Source: Tricharina praecox (taxonomy: Eukaryota). From it: a stretch of DNA of 64,000 nt. The translations under genes and the position numbers were made by a program. The DNA lies in contig NW_026250429.1 in the NCBI RefSeq assembly GCF_024521635.1, positions 310,001 through 374,000 of the forward strand, given 5' to 3'. The stretch's first letter is position 1; each line of letters begins with the position of its first letter. Below the pieces are notes generated by a model. It searched no databases, was not told the origin of the DNA, and worked only from the letters and a program-made list of their open reading frames with translations. This document shows, in pieces, positions 38,488 through 51,080 of this stretch.

Positions 38488-39225
38488 TTCCGATTCCGAT
38501 TTTTCATTGTATGATTTTACGGGGTGGGGGATGTGTGTTGTGTGTATGTCTATGTCTCTATGTGTGTGGGATGGTGTGGGATGGTGTGGGATGGTGTACC
38601 TAGACTACGCTTTTCACTGCAGCTTTTTTTCTCTTTTTACTTATCTAGTACTTGCTCACCACTTTGCTTATGCCTTCCAATTCCAATTTCTCTATTTCCA
38701 TTTCCATTCCCCCCTCCGGGGCCTCGTTCGCTGGTGAGGTTCACCGTACCTATGTGAGCTTCAAGGTTGACATGCTGAGCCACGCCAGACTGTCTACCTA
38801 GGTCCTATAGTATTGCAATAGATGACTGCGCCCATTCCATTCACATTAGATACTCTACATCAAACCCCCTACGTGTCGGTCCGTCCAATTACTTTTTCTT
38901 TTTTTCCGAGGCCTGAGGAGGCGCGAAGGGGTCTCCCAGTATGATAGAGAATGCGAATGCGGGGTTCTATCTCTGCCCCCTGAAACGTCTTCTGGATGGT
39001 AGGTACTGTCCCGAGCAAACTACCGGTTCACCTCCCACTATGTACATACAGCGAGTGAGCAGACGTGAGCAATCCTGAGCAGGCGTGGTAGTATTCCGTG
39101 GTAGTGGGTAGTTGGCGACGAATATTGGTCCGGGCCACGGCAGATCACTCGCAACCAACTACCGGGAGCTGGTGGTGCCGACCTCGTATCCTCGAATGCG
39201 GAAAGTTGCTGCCCCCCTCCCACTT

Positions 39226-40812
39226 GAGACTGCGCTGGGCTGGGCCTGGATGGGGCATGCGAAGTTGGACGGGGCTAGGGGAGTTGGTATGGCGGGATGG
39301 CTAGGAAACGTCAATATAGCTCGTGAAAGCGAATGTGACCGAGGTGGGTGAATGGGAGTTGGGGGGTTGAGGGGGGGTGGAAGAGTGAATGAGACGTTTT
39401 GGAATGAATGTACCTGGGAGAGTGGATAGCTGGGAGGTTGAGTGGGGCCTGGAAGAGTGCATAGTGCTGGAGAGAGTGAATAGACCTAGGGAGAGTGAAT
39501 GAGACTTTTGACAACGAATGAAGCCTGAAAGAGTGGATTGAACTGGGAGGTTGAGCGGGGCCTGGGAGAATGAATAGACTTGGAGGGTTGAGTGGGCTCG
39601 GAAGAGTGAATAGAGCTGTGAGGTTGAGTGGGGCCTGAAAGAGTGAATAGACCTTGGAAGAGTGAATAGAACTAGAAGAATGAATGCAACTTATGATAAT
39701 GAATGAAGCCCTTAAGAATAAACAAGGCCCATACAACTCTAATAACGATCGGCAATCTACACAGTGGGAGGATATTCCCCAACCACCTCCCCTCCGCGTC
39801 GAGCCCTGAAGATCGTGTTGGAGAAACCTTCCAACCCAGCTCGATACCTTTTCCACGCCTTCGACCGGAAGACGACGAGGCCAGCCGAAGATAGCCTACA
39901 TGGCGTCCGTATCCGGCTGCGATGGGTTCGGAGACAGCGTGTGAGTGAAGTCGAGACTGCGCTGGGCTGCGCCTGGGTGAGGCTAGAGGAGTGGGCATGG
40001 CTAGGAAGCGTCAATACAGCCTGGGAAAACGAATGTGCCCTGGGTGAATGAATGAGTTGGGAGGTTAAGTGGGGCCTGGAAGCGTGAATGGACTGGGAGG
40101 TTGAGTGGGCCAGAGTAGAGAATAGAGTTGGAAGGCTGAATAGAGCTCGGAAGAATTAATAGAGCTGGATGGTTGAGAGTGAATAGAGCTGGTGTAGGAA
40201 CGAGTGTGTTCCTGTAAGTAGTCCACTAGCCGTTTGGAGGGCTGGTGGTGGGTGCTTGGAACATTGGGTGCTTGGAACATTCGGTGCGGTAGCGGGTTCA
40301 AGTTTCCTTCTCTTTCTCTTTCTCTTGTACCGGTAGCTCCTAGACACGAACATACCGCTTCACTTCTCTCCATCTCGATCGTTCTAGTGATCACCTCCAC
40401 GAGTCCTTCTAACAGCCAGGAGGTTGAGTAAAGCCTGGAAAAGTGAATGGGGCTAGGAGTTCGAATGAAACTCGGAAGAGTGAATGGAGCTGGGAGGAAT
40501 GAATGAAACTAATAACAACGAATGGCATCTAAAAGAGTAAATAGACCCAGACAGAGTGAATGAGACTTTTGATAACGAATGAAGTCCGAAAGAGTGAATA
40601 GAGCTGAGAGATTGAGTGAGGCCTGGAAGAGTGAATAGATGCGGGAGGTTAAGTGAGGCCTGGAAGAGTGAATAGACCTAGGAAGAGTGAATGAGACTTT
40701 TGGAACGAATGAGGCTTGTAAGAGTGAATAGATCGGGGCGGTTGAGTAATCCCGGAACAGTGAATAGACCTGGGAAGAGTGAATAAACCTAGCAAGAATG
40801 AATGAGACTTTT
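39226..40812 (+). repeat. Composite repeat, cluster B: same family as cluster A in the opposite orientation
   Basis: GAAGAGTGAATAG arrays (39345-39710, 40045-40812), head motif GGAA.CGTCAATA.AGC (39304, ~40004), GAGACTGCGCTGGGCTG twice, and the protein-like block at ~39745-39900. Confidence 0.88.
40193..40414. mobile_element. Solo-LTR-like element, copy 2 (222 bp), inserted into the minisatellite array
   Basis: TGTAGGAA...TTCTAACA termini. It interrupts an array unit (GAATAGAGCTGG | GAGGTTGAGT). Flanks GCTGG and GCCAG are consistent with a 5-bp TSD decayed by transitions. Confidence 0.68.
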
Positions 40813-41065
40813 GATCATGAACGACACCTGAACCGTAGTAGATCTCGAGTTCCATCGAACTCCGACATCCCGTTCACGACGCAACCACCATGCCTCCTAC
40901 CCGCCCGCCCACTCGACTCGGAATCCCTCGAAGACCGAAAGTCCTCCGGTGGCTTTGGGTTCGGGTACCTATGCCACCTATCACTTGATCACTTGATCAC
41001 TCAATCACTCGGATGCGAGGAATAGCGAGAGTCGGGACTAAACCAGCCTTCGAGCACTCGCTGCC

Positions 41066-41096
<31 letters not shown>

Positions 41097-43353
41097 CATC
41101 GATTTATTTCGCATGCAGACGATCTAAACTACCTACCGCACGGCAGACTCATACCCGTCGGTGAGCCAGCCAGCTGCTTATGTAGGTATACAGATATACA
41201 GATAATCCGGGGAGCTCATCACGGATCACCATCTGGCCGAGAAGAATAAGGCTAGGTAGGGATAGGTAAATGGTATTATGGGATGGTGATCAAAATGCTC
41301 ATTGGGATGTTGGTGTGGATCATCCAAGAAACCACATATGGAGTCTAGAGATACCTTGTAGTCACGATTTCGAGTTTGGAGGAGGCTGGCTGGCTTATGT
41401 CGTATTTGGGAATACAGTTTACTGAAGTTGGCGGATGAGCCACTGTAACCCATTGTACCCCACCGAGAAAAAGGGGGTTTGGGGATGTAACTTCATTCTC
41501 TGGGAAAGTTCACGCATGTGCTCGCTTGAATGGCTGGTGGTTCGAAATATGGAAGTCATGACACTCTGGTTTCTGGTGGAAGAGGGGAACAAAACTACGC
41601 TGACATGCCCTAGTTACTGGTGCTCCTGGTTTTGAGTGTCTCGTGAATTGGCTACGAGCCGTGAAGCCGTGAAGCCGTGAAGGGGTAGGTCGGTTTGGGT
41701 GGGGTCTGGAAGACAGAATGAGAACGAGTGAGAGTGAGAGTGAGGGTTGGGGAGCGAGTGATGCGGCCCCGTGAGAGTCGAGCCTGCAGGATTCATTGAG
41801 GCTGGGGAGAGCGAGCGAATGAGACGCCGAGGTTGGGTAAGGAACGAATGAGTGTGGTCTGGGGGAACGGGCGAGGTTTTGGGGAGCGGGTGGTGAGGTC
41901 TTGGAAGATTCGAGCCTGCAGGATTCATTGACGCTCGTGCTCGAGAGCGAATGAGACGCTGAGGCTGAGTAGAGCGGGGAGTGTGGCCCGGAATATGCAG
42001 CCACTTAGGAGAGTGCGGGACGATGCATGTACCATCATACCAACCACTGGGGCCCATTGGCCGGTCATCCTCCCGTCCTCCCATCCTCCCATCCTCAAAT
42101 CCACCCGTCCCCCATCCACCCGTCCACCCACTTCAGCTGACATCCGACATCTGCAGCGGCTGGACTACCGCTCCTACGTCCGGGCAAACAACTCTCCGGT
42201 CCTCTCTCGTACGGGCCGGGATATCGACTCACCCGTGCTCGAGCTTCAGCCTCCACATGCTCCAGCTGTGAATGGATGGATGGAGTATCAGCATCAGCAA
42301 TCGGACCTACATACCTACCGCGTAGTGTACAGTGAGAGGAGGGCGGGCGGTGCTCATGGGCTGTCACCATGTTGCCAGCCCGGCCCACCCACCATCCGGA
42401 GCACGGCTTGGGCGCAGCCGAGCAGAGCCGTCTCATGGGTAAATATTCTCCCGCTCCCACTCCCGGTCTCGGTCCCGGTCCCGCCCCCCCTCCGCTTCCG
42501 AGCCGAGTGGACTATTTATGTAGAGCACGTTCTCCTCGTATGTACAATACATATCGGCATCCGAGCGTATCCACGCCGCACGGCCGTACAAAAGTAAGTA
42601 GGCGTATCAGAGCCGCGCGGCCGTGGGTTATTTTTTGTTATTTTTGTTATTTTTGTTTCATCATCATCATAGCATTCGACCTTATCAGATCATGGCTGTT
42701 TACACTGCGGCCGCCGGCCGTGGGTTATCGGTCTCACCGTCCCAACGTCCCACGGGCCACTAATAGCACGTGCGAATAATTCGAGACTTCTGATTTATGT
42801 AGCTCTGATTTATGTAGGTAGGTCTGGAAATTAGAGGATGGACACTGGAGGGTGGAGCGCGGTTGATATCTAGCTCGGGAGCTCGGGAGCTCGGGAGCTG
42901 AGGAAGCTGAAGAGGCGGGAAGATGAAGATGAGCCCGCACTACCTAACATACCGTTCGTGACGACTGTCGAACAGCCAGAGCTCAACATACAGCAGCCCT
43001 TGCGTCACCAGCCCAAAATGTAACTCAATACCTAAAGCTTGATTAACATCGGTAGAATAGTCTATCTATCGAAGGTATGTCTATGTTGAGTACATAAAGG
43101 ATATCTTACCAACCCAGCCCAACAACAAATTACAACCTCCCGCGTGCCTACTCTACCTTCGTGCCTTCGTGCCTGAGTGTAACCATAACCATAACCACAC
43201 CATGGATGTTTATTTAGGTAGGATGTAGTGAAGATTAAAGATAGAAGAAGTTTGAAGCCCTCACCTACCCAGTTTCGGACCTTCCCTCTTTACCCCCCGT
43301 TTCGGTCATCATCCCGCACTGCCCCCCCCCTCAAATCGCGAGATCGAGTTCCG

Positions 43354-43556
43354 CGTCGTCCTCGTTTTCGTCCTCGTCCTCGTTTTCGTCCTCGTCCTCG
43401 TTTTCGTCCTCGTCCTCGTTTTCGTCCTCGTCCTCGTTTTCGTCCTCGTCCTCGTTTTCGTCCTCGTCCTCGTCCTCGTTTTCGTCCTCGTCCTCGTTTT
43501 CGTCCTCGTCCTCGTCCTCGTTTTCGTCCTCGTCCTCGTTTTCGTCCTCGTCCTCG
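43354..43556. repeat. Near-perfect tandem repeat built from CGTCCT and CGTTTT hexamers
   Basis: The 18-nt unit CGTCCTCGTCCTCGTTTT is iterated over ~200 bp, with an occasional extra CGTCCT. Confidence 0.95.
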
Positions 43557-44752
43557 GCTTACTTCATGTCCTCCCTCGATACCTCCTCCGTCCCTTCCGA
43601 CGGCCTCTGTGCTTCCTCTAGAGTCTAGATGGCAGAGGGCAGAGGGCAGAGGGGCAGCATACCGAGGCATACCTGGCCAAGGTAGCAACAAGTTACAACC
43701 ATAATCGAAGATTCGAGGCCCAGCCTGATCCAGCTCCAGCTCCATCAGCACCGAGGCACGAGCCAGGCACGAGACAGATACCACGAACTTCGAAGCGTCT
43801 GTACAGTGTAACTTAGCACATACGTTCTGTGTGTAGAGGATATGTATCTGTACCAGCTGTAGCCTGTATCCATCCCGCGCGCGCACAGTACTATCATACA
43901 AGTTCAGCGGCCCTCGGCTTCCAGAAGTTCGGCTCAGCGCCCGCGCAAGGCAGGTACCGTGATATCACCGTCCTCCTCATCACTCGCCCGCCAGCCCGCC
44001 TGGGTGCATACAAGATGCAATCAGCCAGTTCCTTGTCATCTCCTTGCCATCTCCTTACCGCCCCCTCCCCCCTCATAGAGTGAACGTGAATACGATGAAA
44101 CGAATAAACAATAATAAATCTCACCGTTCCGCCGCCATCATCATCAATGATCCCCATCCATAGAGTGAACGCGAATACGCTGAAACCAATGATACACCTC
44201 ACCGTTCCATCCCGCAGATTTTATGCCGTGCCATTTGACGTTCACATCATCTCAGTTTCACGGTCAGATTCGAAATCACTGCATGTTCTCACATTCACGT
44301 TCACGATCATCCTCAAGTCCTCAAAAACCATAATGATATTCCTCTTCTCAAAGACCCATTATGCCACTCAGCCCCCTTACACTCTCACTTCTCTCACGCA
44401 CTCCCATCTCAGCACGCACTCCCATCTCAGCACGCACTCCCATCCCGCGTCTCACGTCCCCTCTATCAATCTACCGCCCCATCGAGTGAAGAGCAAAGGA
44501 AGAAAGAAGAAAAAGAAAAAGAAAAAAAAGAAAGAAAAAGTAGAAACCCATAAGTAAGTAGAAAAAGCAACAGTTTTTTTTTCCCCACAAGACCACAAAG
44601 ACACATTCGCGAAACGCCAAACCCATATGAAAAACGCACCGCACCGGAAGCACAAACTGTACACACACTCCCAACCCCAATCCCGCTTCTTCTTCCCTTC
44701 CCTTTGAAGTTCGTAAAAATCATGATTGTACAAAAGTATCAAAGAGAGGAGG

Positions 44753-44788
<36 letters not shown>

Positions 44789-44794
44789 ATCGGC

Positions 44795-46256
44795 CTACGA
44801 AGCGGGCGCGGCAACCAGAGGCTCAGCCATCCTTGTCACCTGCTGACCAGCGCGGACGATGCGCTGGCCCGAAGAGTCGATGGCGGAAACTGCCTCCTTG
44901 TTCTCCTTGGTAGCCTGCTTCCAGATCTCTACCTCGCAACCGCCGCGAACGACGGCGACACGGAAGTTGGAGAGGAGGTTGTGGGCGGCGTTCGAGTGCT
45001 CGTAGACACCTCCGTTGAAGATGGCGGTCGCGTCCTTGCCGATTCCAGAGTTGATCATGGCCTTTCCTCCGGGGTGCTCCTTGACGAAGGGGGAGACATC
45101 GTGGACGACACCGGCGATCAGGACGAGGGCACGGCCGTTGCGGCACTCCTCCTTGAAGTCCTCGAATTCCATGACGGGGAGCTGCTCGAGGGGAACACCC
45201 CAGTCGAGGGTGGCGCGCTTGCGGTCAATCTTCTTCTGGAGCTGCTGGATGCGACCCTTCTCGATCTCGTTGGAACGGAACTGCTTCAGGTCATAGGCGA
45301 AGCCGAGCTGCTTCCAGGTCCAGATGCACCACTTGGTGGGGTCGTACTGGAACCACTCGATGGCGTTACGGTAGTCGCTGGGGAACTCGTGGTGGAAGTT
45401 GTGGTATCCCTCTCCGAGAGTGACGAGAGCGGTGATGACGTGGTCACGGGGCGAGTTGCGGTCATCGAAAGGCTGGTCACCGAGCCAGTGAGCGAGCGAG
45501 TTGACGCAGAAGGTGGCCTGCTGGACGAAGAAGATGCGGAGGATTCCGGCGTAGATGAAGCCACCGATCCAGTCACCCCATCCGAAACCAGCGACGAGAG
45601 TGGGGAAGACGAGGCCCATGAAGACGACGACCCAGAGGTAGTGCTTGTGCTGCCAGACGACGACGGGATCAGTGTTCAGGTCCGAGATGTCGGTACGTCC
45701 GACCTTCTTGGGGTTCTGCTTCATGACCATCCATCCGATGTGCGAGTACAGGAGACCCTTGCGGACCGAGTAGGGGTCCTTCTCGGTGTCGGTGTATCTG
45801 TGGTGGGCACGGTGGTCCCGGGACCACCAGCGGATAGAACCCTCGACGGCACCTCCTCCAACGGCAGCCAAATAGATCTTCAGGGGCAACGAAGCCGAGT
45901 ACGAAGAGTGAGCCCAGAGACGATGGTATCCCGCCGTGATTCCGAGACCGGTGTTGTAGTAGTAGACGATCGACCAGATCAGGGTAGGCCACGAGAGCGG
46001 GGTGTAGTATGCACCCCAGAGACCGAGCATCGGGACGAAGATGATCAGGTAGGTGTTGAGAAGGTTGAGGTGCTTCCACCAGTTCTTCATCGTCATGGGC
46101 TGCAACAAACCGGAGTCAGCAAACTGATTCTTCAACTTTCTACGCAACAAGGAGACATACCTGATCAGTGATGTGGGGGCGGTTGGCACGCGCAATTGCG
46201 TTCGCCTTCCGCTGTTCGTAGTCTGCCATTGCTTCTGTAGACATTCCCGCTTGCAT
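44795..46256 (-). CDS. OLE1: Acyl-CoA delta-9 fatty acid desaturase with C-terminal cytochrome b5 domain; exons 46161-46256 (alternative ATG 46244) and 44795-46099
   Basis: His boxes [18 protein letters not shown] and [11 protein letters not shown], plus the cytochrome b5 HPGG motif. A 61-nt intron at 46100-46160 (GTATGT...GCTGAC...TTGCAG) joins HITDQ to [10 protein letters not shown]. Confidence 0.97.
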
Positions 46257-49200
46257 ATCGGTTTGAAGGTTGAAATCAAACTGGTGTTGGGGGTCAAAGG
46301 CGGATAGTGATAGTGGTGGGTGCCTCTGGGAAGAGGGGGTGTGTTGTGGTGTGTGTTCGAAGGAAGGAGGTAAAGTAGGCGGAAAGCGAGTGGTGGTTAT
46401 AGTTTTTTTGTGGAGTGCGGGTGGAAGGTTGTTGTTGCCTTGCCGTTTAGAGAAGGGCGTCTCCTGCAGCGAGCGAGCGAGATATCCGATATCGATCGAA
46501 CGGTGTCCGAGTGTTGGAGTGTGATGGTGTGTTTCGCTTCTCTTTCTCTTTCTCTTCCTCTCTCTCTCTCTTCCTCTCTCTCTTCGCTGTCGGATGGATT
46601 GAAGCAAGAGGAGATTGGGAGCAGAAGACAGCACGAATATAAAGAATGGCGAGAAGGGGGTTCGGGAGATTAAGGGACAGTGCGGGAGTCGAAGCTGCGC
46701 AGCTGCCAGAGTTGCATTGAGAGACCGACCTGGCACTCACTCCGCCGCGGTTCTTGCCTCCCTCCCTCCCTCCTCCTCTCCAAGTTCCAACATTCGAGCG
46801 CGGTCGCAACTGGATTTCCGTTCGATTTGTCGATCTAAGCTGTATGGAGAGTGGCTTGACGTTGGACCCGGTCGCTCAGCGTTCCAACAACTTTTGCTGA
46901 AGGTTGCGGCCACCTGTGCCAAGCGGCGAAGGTTACGCACATCGCTGCCCCGACACGGTCTAGTGGCTGTCCCAACAACTCCCCAACAAAACGGCAAGGA
47001 AAAAGGCGAATGCAGCCCAAAAAAAAGACCGACTGTCAGCGAACGAGCGAACGGAGCGTGCGGGTGTGTGCTGCGTGGGTTTTGGCCCCTTGCATGCAGA
47101 GATACACACCCCAGACTTGCAAGACAAGACTTGCGGGTCTGTCTGGTTGTGCTAAACACCACCCATGCGGCTACCAGTACCACCAGTACTGCTGCTAGCA
47201 GTAGCATCTGGACGTGGCGAGTGGAAGAGTGGGGCTCGCTTGGATTGGTTTGCAGGAACGAAGAAAACGCGCCGTCCCTCGGCCCTGGTTTGTAGGTGCT
47301 GGTATCTATCGTGTGTAGCGTGGTGGCAGTGGGCGCAGAACCTGCCTCAGCAGCGCGAACAACACCTCGCCTCCACCTCCACCGCGGCGGAAGAAATAAT
47401 CCCCGGATCGAATAGCAATCCCCAGTCCTCAATCCTAATGCTCATGACAGCCCACCGCCGGCCGCCCCTCGCACCGCCGGCCGCCCCTCGCACCGCGTCG
47501 TCTCATCGCACCAGAACATCGTCCGGTTCGGCCCTCTCCTCTGTCCACTTGTGCATCTCAACCGTCTTCCCCCCCAGCACCGCCGGTGTGTCGCTGTCGC
47601 TCACGTTCAAATCTCCTTCCCGAGCCTTCCTTCCTTCCTTCCTTCCCCTTTCTCCCATCTAAGACACTCGCCCCCAGAGTAAAGCAACCACTCAACTCAG
47701 CCGCCATCCCAACATCCAGATCGGTGACAACAAACAGTATCCAAGTGGCGCCTATGTGGCACTCTATTCTTCATAGAGCACCTACTCCACGCAACGCAAC
47801 GAATGCACGGTCCCTGGCTATCCCCACCCGACTTGGCCCACCCATCCCCACCCATCCCACCCACCCATCCCATCCTCCCCACTCCCGGCACCCTTCTAGA
47901 ATCTTGGCCTTGCTCCACCCACCCGGCCCCATGCTCTCCACCATCCCATGCCATGCCACGCCCCCACAAAATCAAGAATGCGATACACGCGAAACGCAAC
48001 GACCTTCTCTACTATGTGTGGTTCACTCTACCTGGGATACCTGGTGCCTGAATTCGAAATCATGGCCGTGTTACATCCATACATAGAGCACTCTACATAC
48101 ACCTCATACCGGTATCATACCGGTATCATGGGTAGCGCATCGTATGTACCGGTATCGTATCGACCGGGCTTGACTTGGCTCCAGCTTGACTCCAGCTTGG
48201 CTTCATCAGCCTGATGGACATGACTACGGTATCATCATCCCGTCACGATCCACGAACATCAAGTCAAGTTATCAAGATATCAAGTTGCAAGTTATCAACC
48301 GCCCTCCCGGCCGCCGTGACTATGGATGTTGAGTGGATCCCTATGTTTGCCTCCCGAGCAGATCCATCAATCTTTCCACCCATCCATCCGTCCGACCGAC
48401 CGCGCCCGACCGCGCCCGGCCCGACCCAGCGCTCCGAGCCCGAGAGTCGCAAGTCTCGAGTGTCGCGTCTCGAATCGAGTTCAACAGAAAAAACCCACTA
48501 AAAAGCTAGCAAAAAAAACTTTGTGGCTGGTGCCGCTTGATTGGCCAGGGGGGCAAATGCAGGAGGAAAACTAGTAGAGCAGAGTAAGCTTATCGATACG
48601 CTGGCCACTGCAGGGATTTACAGCGGGTGGGAACTGGCGTGGGTGGGGGGGAGAAGGGGAGGGAAGGGGAAGGGAAGGGGAAGGGAAGGGGAAGGGGTGA
48701 GCCGAAAACACGAACTCAAGCCAGGGCCAGGCTCCCCAATCACCGATGGTCTTTTACTCTACATATGATACCTACCAGCGGCACCTCCACCACCACCACC
48801 ACCACCACCACCACCACCACCATCACGGGGAGTGGTGATGGTGGTGGTGGTGATGGTGAGGGTAGACATGAAGGAACACATGCCAGTGCTTGGATACCGT
48901 AGGTAACGGTATCGTTTGTGTCCGCCCGGCCGAGTATCTATCATACATACCAGTATTCGGCAGGAGCTGCTATGTCCCGTACATGTCCCGTCGACGGCTG
49001 ATCATTCACCAGCATCCATCTACTATGCGAAGTGTTGACACTCGATTGGCACTCGATACCTACATCCCAACAAACATGTATACTCTATGATATACATACC
49101 GGTACCCTACCTTCCAATTATCCACCTATCTCGATTGTCGCTCAACGTCAGCGCCGCGTCGACGTGCAGTTTGAACATATGTAGAGTATATAGATATCTC

Positions 49201-50439
49201 GATGTGCTTTCATATGTGCCCTCAACGGTTGGACGATCACCCCATCCAAGATCCCTCACCAGGGCCCAGGCATCGTCGGGCCCAGGCTCGGGACTCAAAG
49301 CGCCCCGGATCCCGAGTTCTGCTCTAGAGAATTCTAGAGGCGAGCCGCACACGCTCCACGTGGGGCGATAGGATAGCTATCAGCTATCTGTCTAGTATCA
49401 ACATACCCCGCTTTTCTTTGCGCAGAGCTTGCTTGCTTGCGAACTGCCGCTGCCACTGCGACGGACCCATCTGATAGAGGGCACTTGGGTACCGTTAGCC
49501 GTTCGGGCTAACTACCTAGCCGGAGCACTTGGGGGCGGAAAGGGGAAGAAAACCGAGTGATAACGCATGCGTGAAACTGCAATTGAGGCGGTGCTTGGGC
49601 CATCATGGACCATCAAGTCGCCTTACAGCTTCCTTGAGAGAGTGTGTGTCTGCTACCGGGGTAAATAGTCCCAGCTATGCATGCTTCTCTGGGTTCTAGC
49701 TCTACTATGTATGGTACCGGTTGGCTCGCCTGGTGGGTTTCCCTGCCGCACGTCTCGAGCTCGAACGAGGGCGTGTTGGGCTTGGGTGGTAGGCTACACA
49801 GTACCGAGTGCTGCTCGCAATCACGCGAGCTCGTTGATGGAACGAGAATAGCACCCACCCAACGTCAATCCCAACAGCACTCCCAACGGAAAGTTCTAAG
49901 GCCCAACATCGAGCTCGAAGCTCCAAGCTCCGGGCCCCGGGCTCCTCCACTGGCCGTATCCGCAACTCGCACGGACTGGTCTGCTCGGCCCCCCTCCCCC
50001 CGATGGCCCAGTCCCAGTCCCAGTCCCAGTCCCTGCAGCGATATTCCAACACTACCTATCCGCCCCACCCATCCATGCTGTACAGATCCCAACATGTCGG
50101 ACACACACTATCACTCCGTCGTCATCCCACTTTGTCGATTTGTCGATCCACTTCTCCACCCCCCCGTCCCCGTCCCCTTCCCCTTCCCTCCCCCTCTCCC
50201 TCCCCCGCCGGCAGTACAGTCTCTATCTCCGATGGTCTATCTCTAATGGCCATGCCTCGAGTGGGCCAGACGAAGCGTCAACAGAAGTGTTGAGCTTCAA
50301 CCCTTCAACCCTTCAACCCTTCAACCCTTCTTCAACGATTCGTATCGATTCGTATCGCCATGCAAGTAAGAATACACGCATGTACGTATCTTCCAACTTC
50401 TAGCTTCTGGCTTAGATGGGTATCCCCACGCCAGCCAGC

Positions 50440-50539
50440 TCATCCATCCATCCATCCATCCATCCATCCATCCATCCATCCATCCATCCATCCATCCATC
50501 CATCCATCCATCCATCCATCCATCCATCCATCCATCCAT

Positions 50540-50587
<48 letters not shown>

Positions 50588-50672
50588 ACAAATATTCACT
50601 CACCAGCAGCAGCAGCAGCAGCAGCACCACCACCACCACCACCACCACCACCACCACCACCACCACCAGCAG
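50440..50672. repeat. Compound microsatellite (CATC)n-(CAGC)n...(CAG)n-(CAC)n
   Basis: Directly visible perfect tetranucleotide and trinucleotide runs. Confidence 0.95.
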
Positions 50673-51080
50673 CATCCCATCCCGTATGCCGCGGAGATTG
50701 CTCATAAGAATGTACTTCGCATGTACTCTGTATGTACTTTGTACTCTGTATGTACAATAGAGTATGTAACAGAAAGTCCGGGCCCCACAGAACGAAATCC
50801 CAACAAAAGAGAAGAAAACAGGTAACAGGTAACACCGTAAAATCAAAGAAGACATGTATGATAAAAGAAGAAGACAACCACACGTAGGTCGGTAGGTAGG
50901 TATCAGCGTCCCAACACCAACATATCCCCGTAGCAAGTATATTGATACAGCCTCCAATCACCGCCCTCCTCACCCTCCTCCTCAACGTCGTCGTCGTATT
51001 CACCGTCGTATTCACGACCACCCCCAATCACTGTGTCCCTGCACGCCCCAACGCTGCACCATCCCCTGGTCCGTCCATTT

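Noticed and set aside
39345..40812. GAAGAGTGAAT arrays as a CRISPR-like array
   Set aside because: Eukaryotic context, degenerate ~18-nt tandem units with no unique spacers, and no cas genes.
43228..43901. RPRF / GRGRKR repeat proteins on both strands
   Set aside because: Translations of a stop-free tandem repeat with no coding signal in the flanks.
44726..46171. 481-aa ORF antisense to OLE1
   Set aside because: Shadow ORF expected from the strong GC3 codon bias of OLE1. It starts in a GA microsatellite and has no recognisable motifs.
46100..46297. N-terminal extension of OLE1 in the ORF track (start 46297)
   Set aside because: Non-ATG start reading through a canonical intron. The spliced model restores the HITDQ-PMT sequence typical of fungal Ole1.
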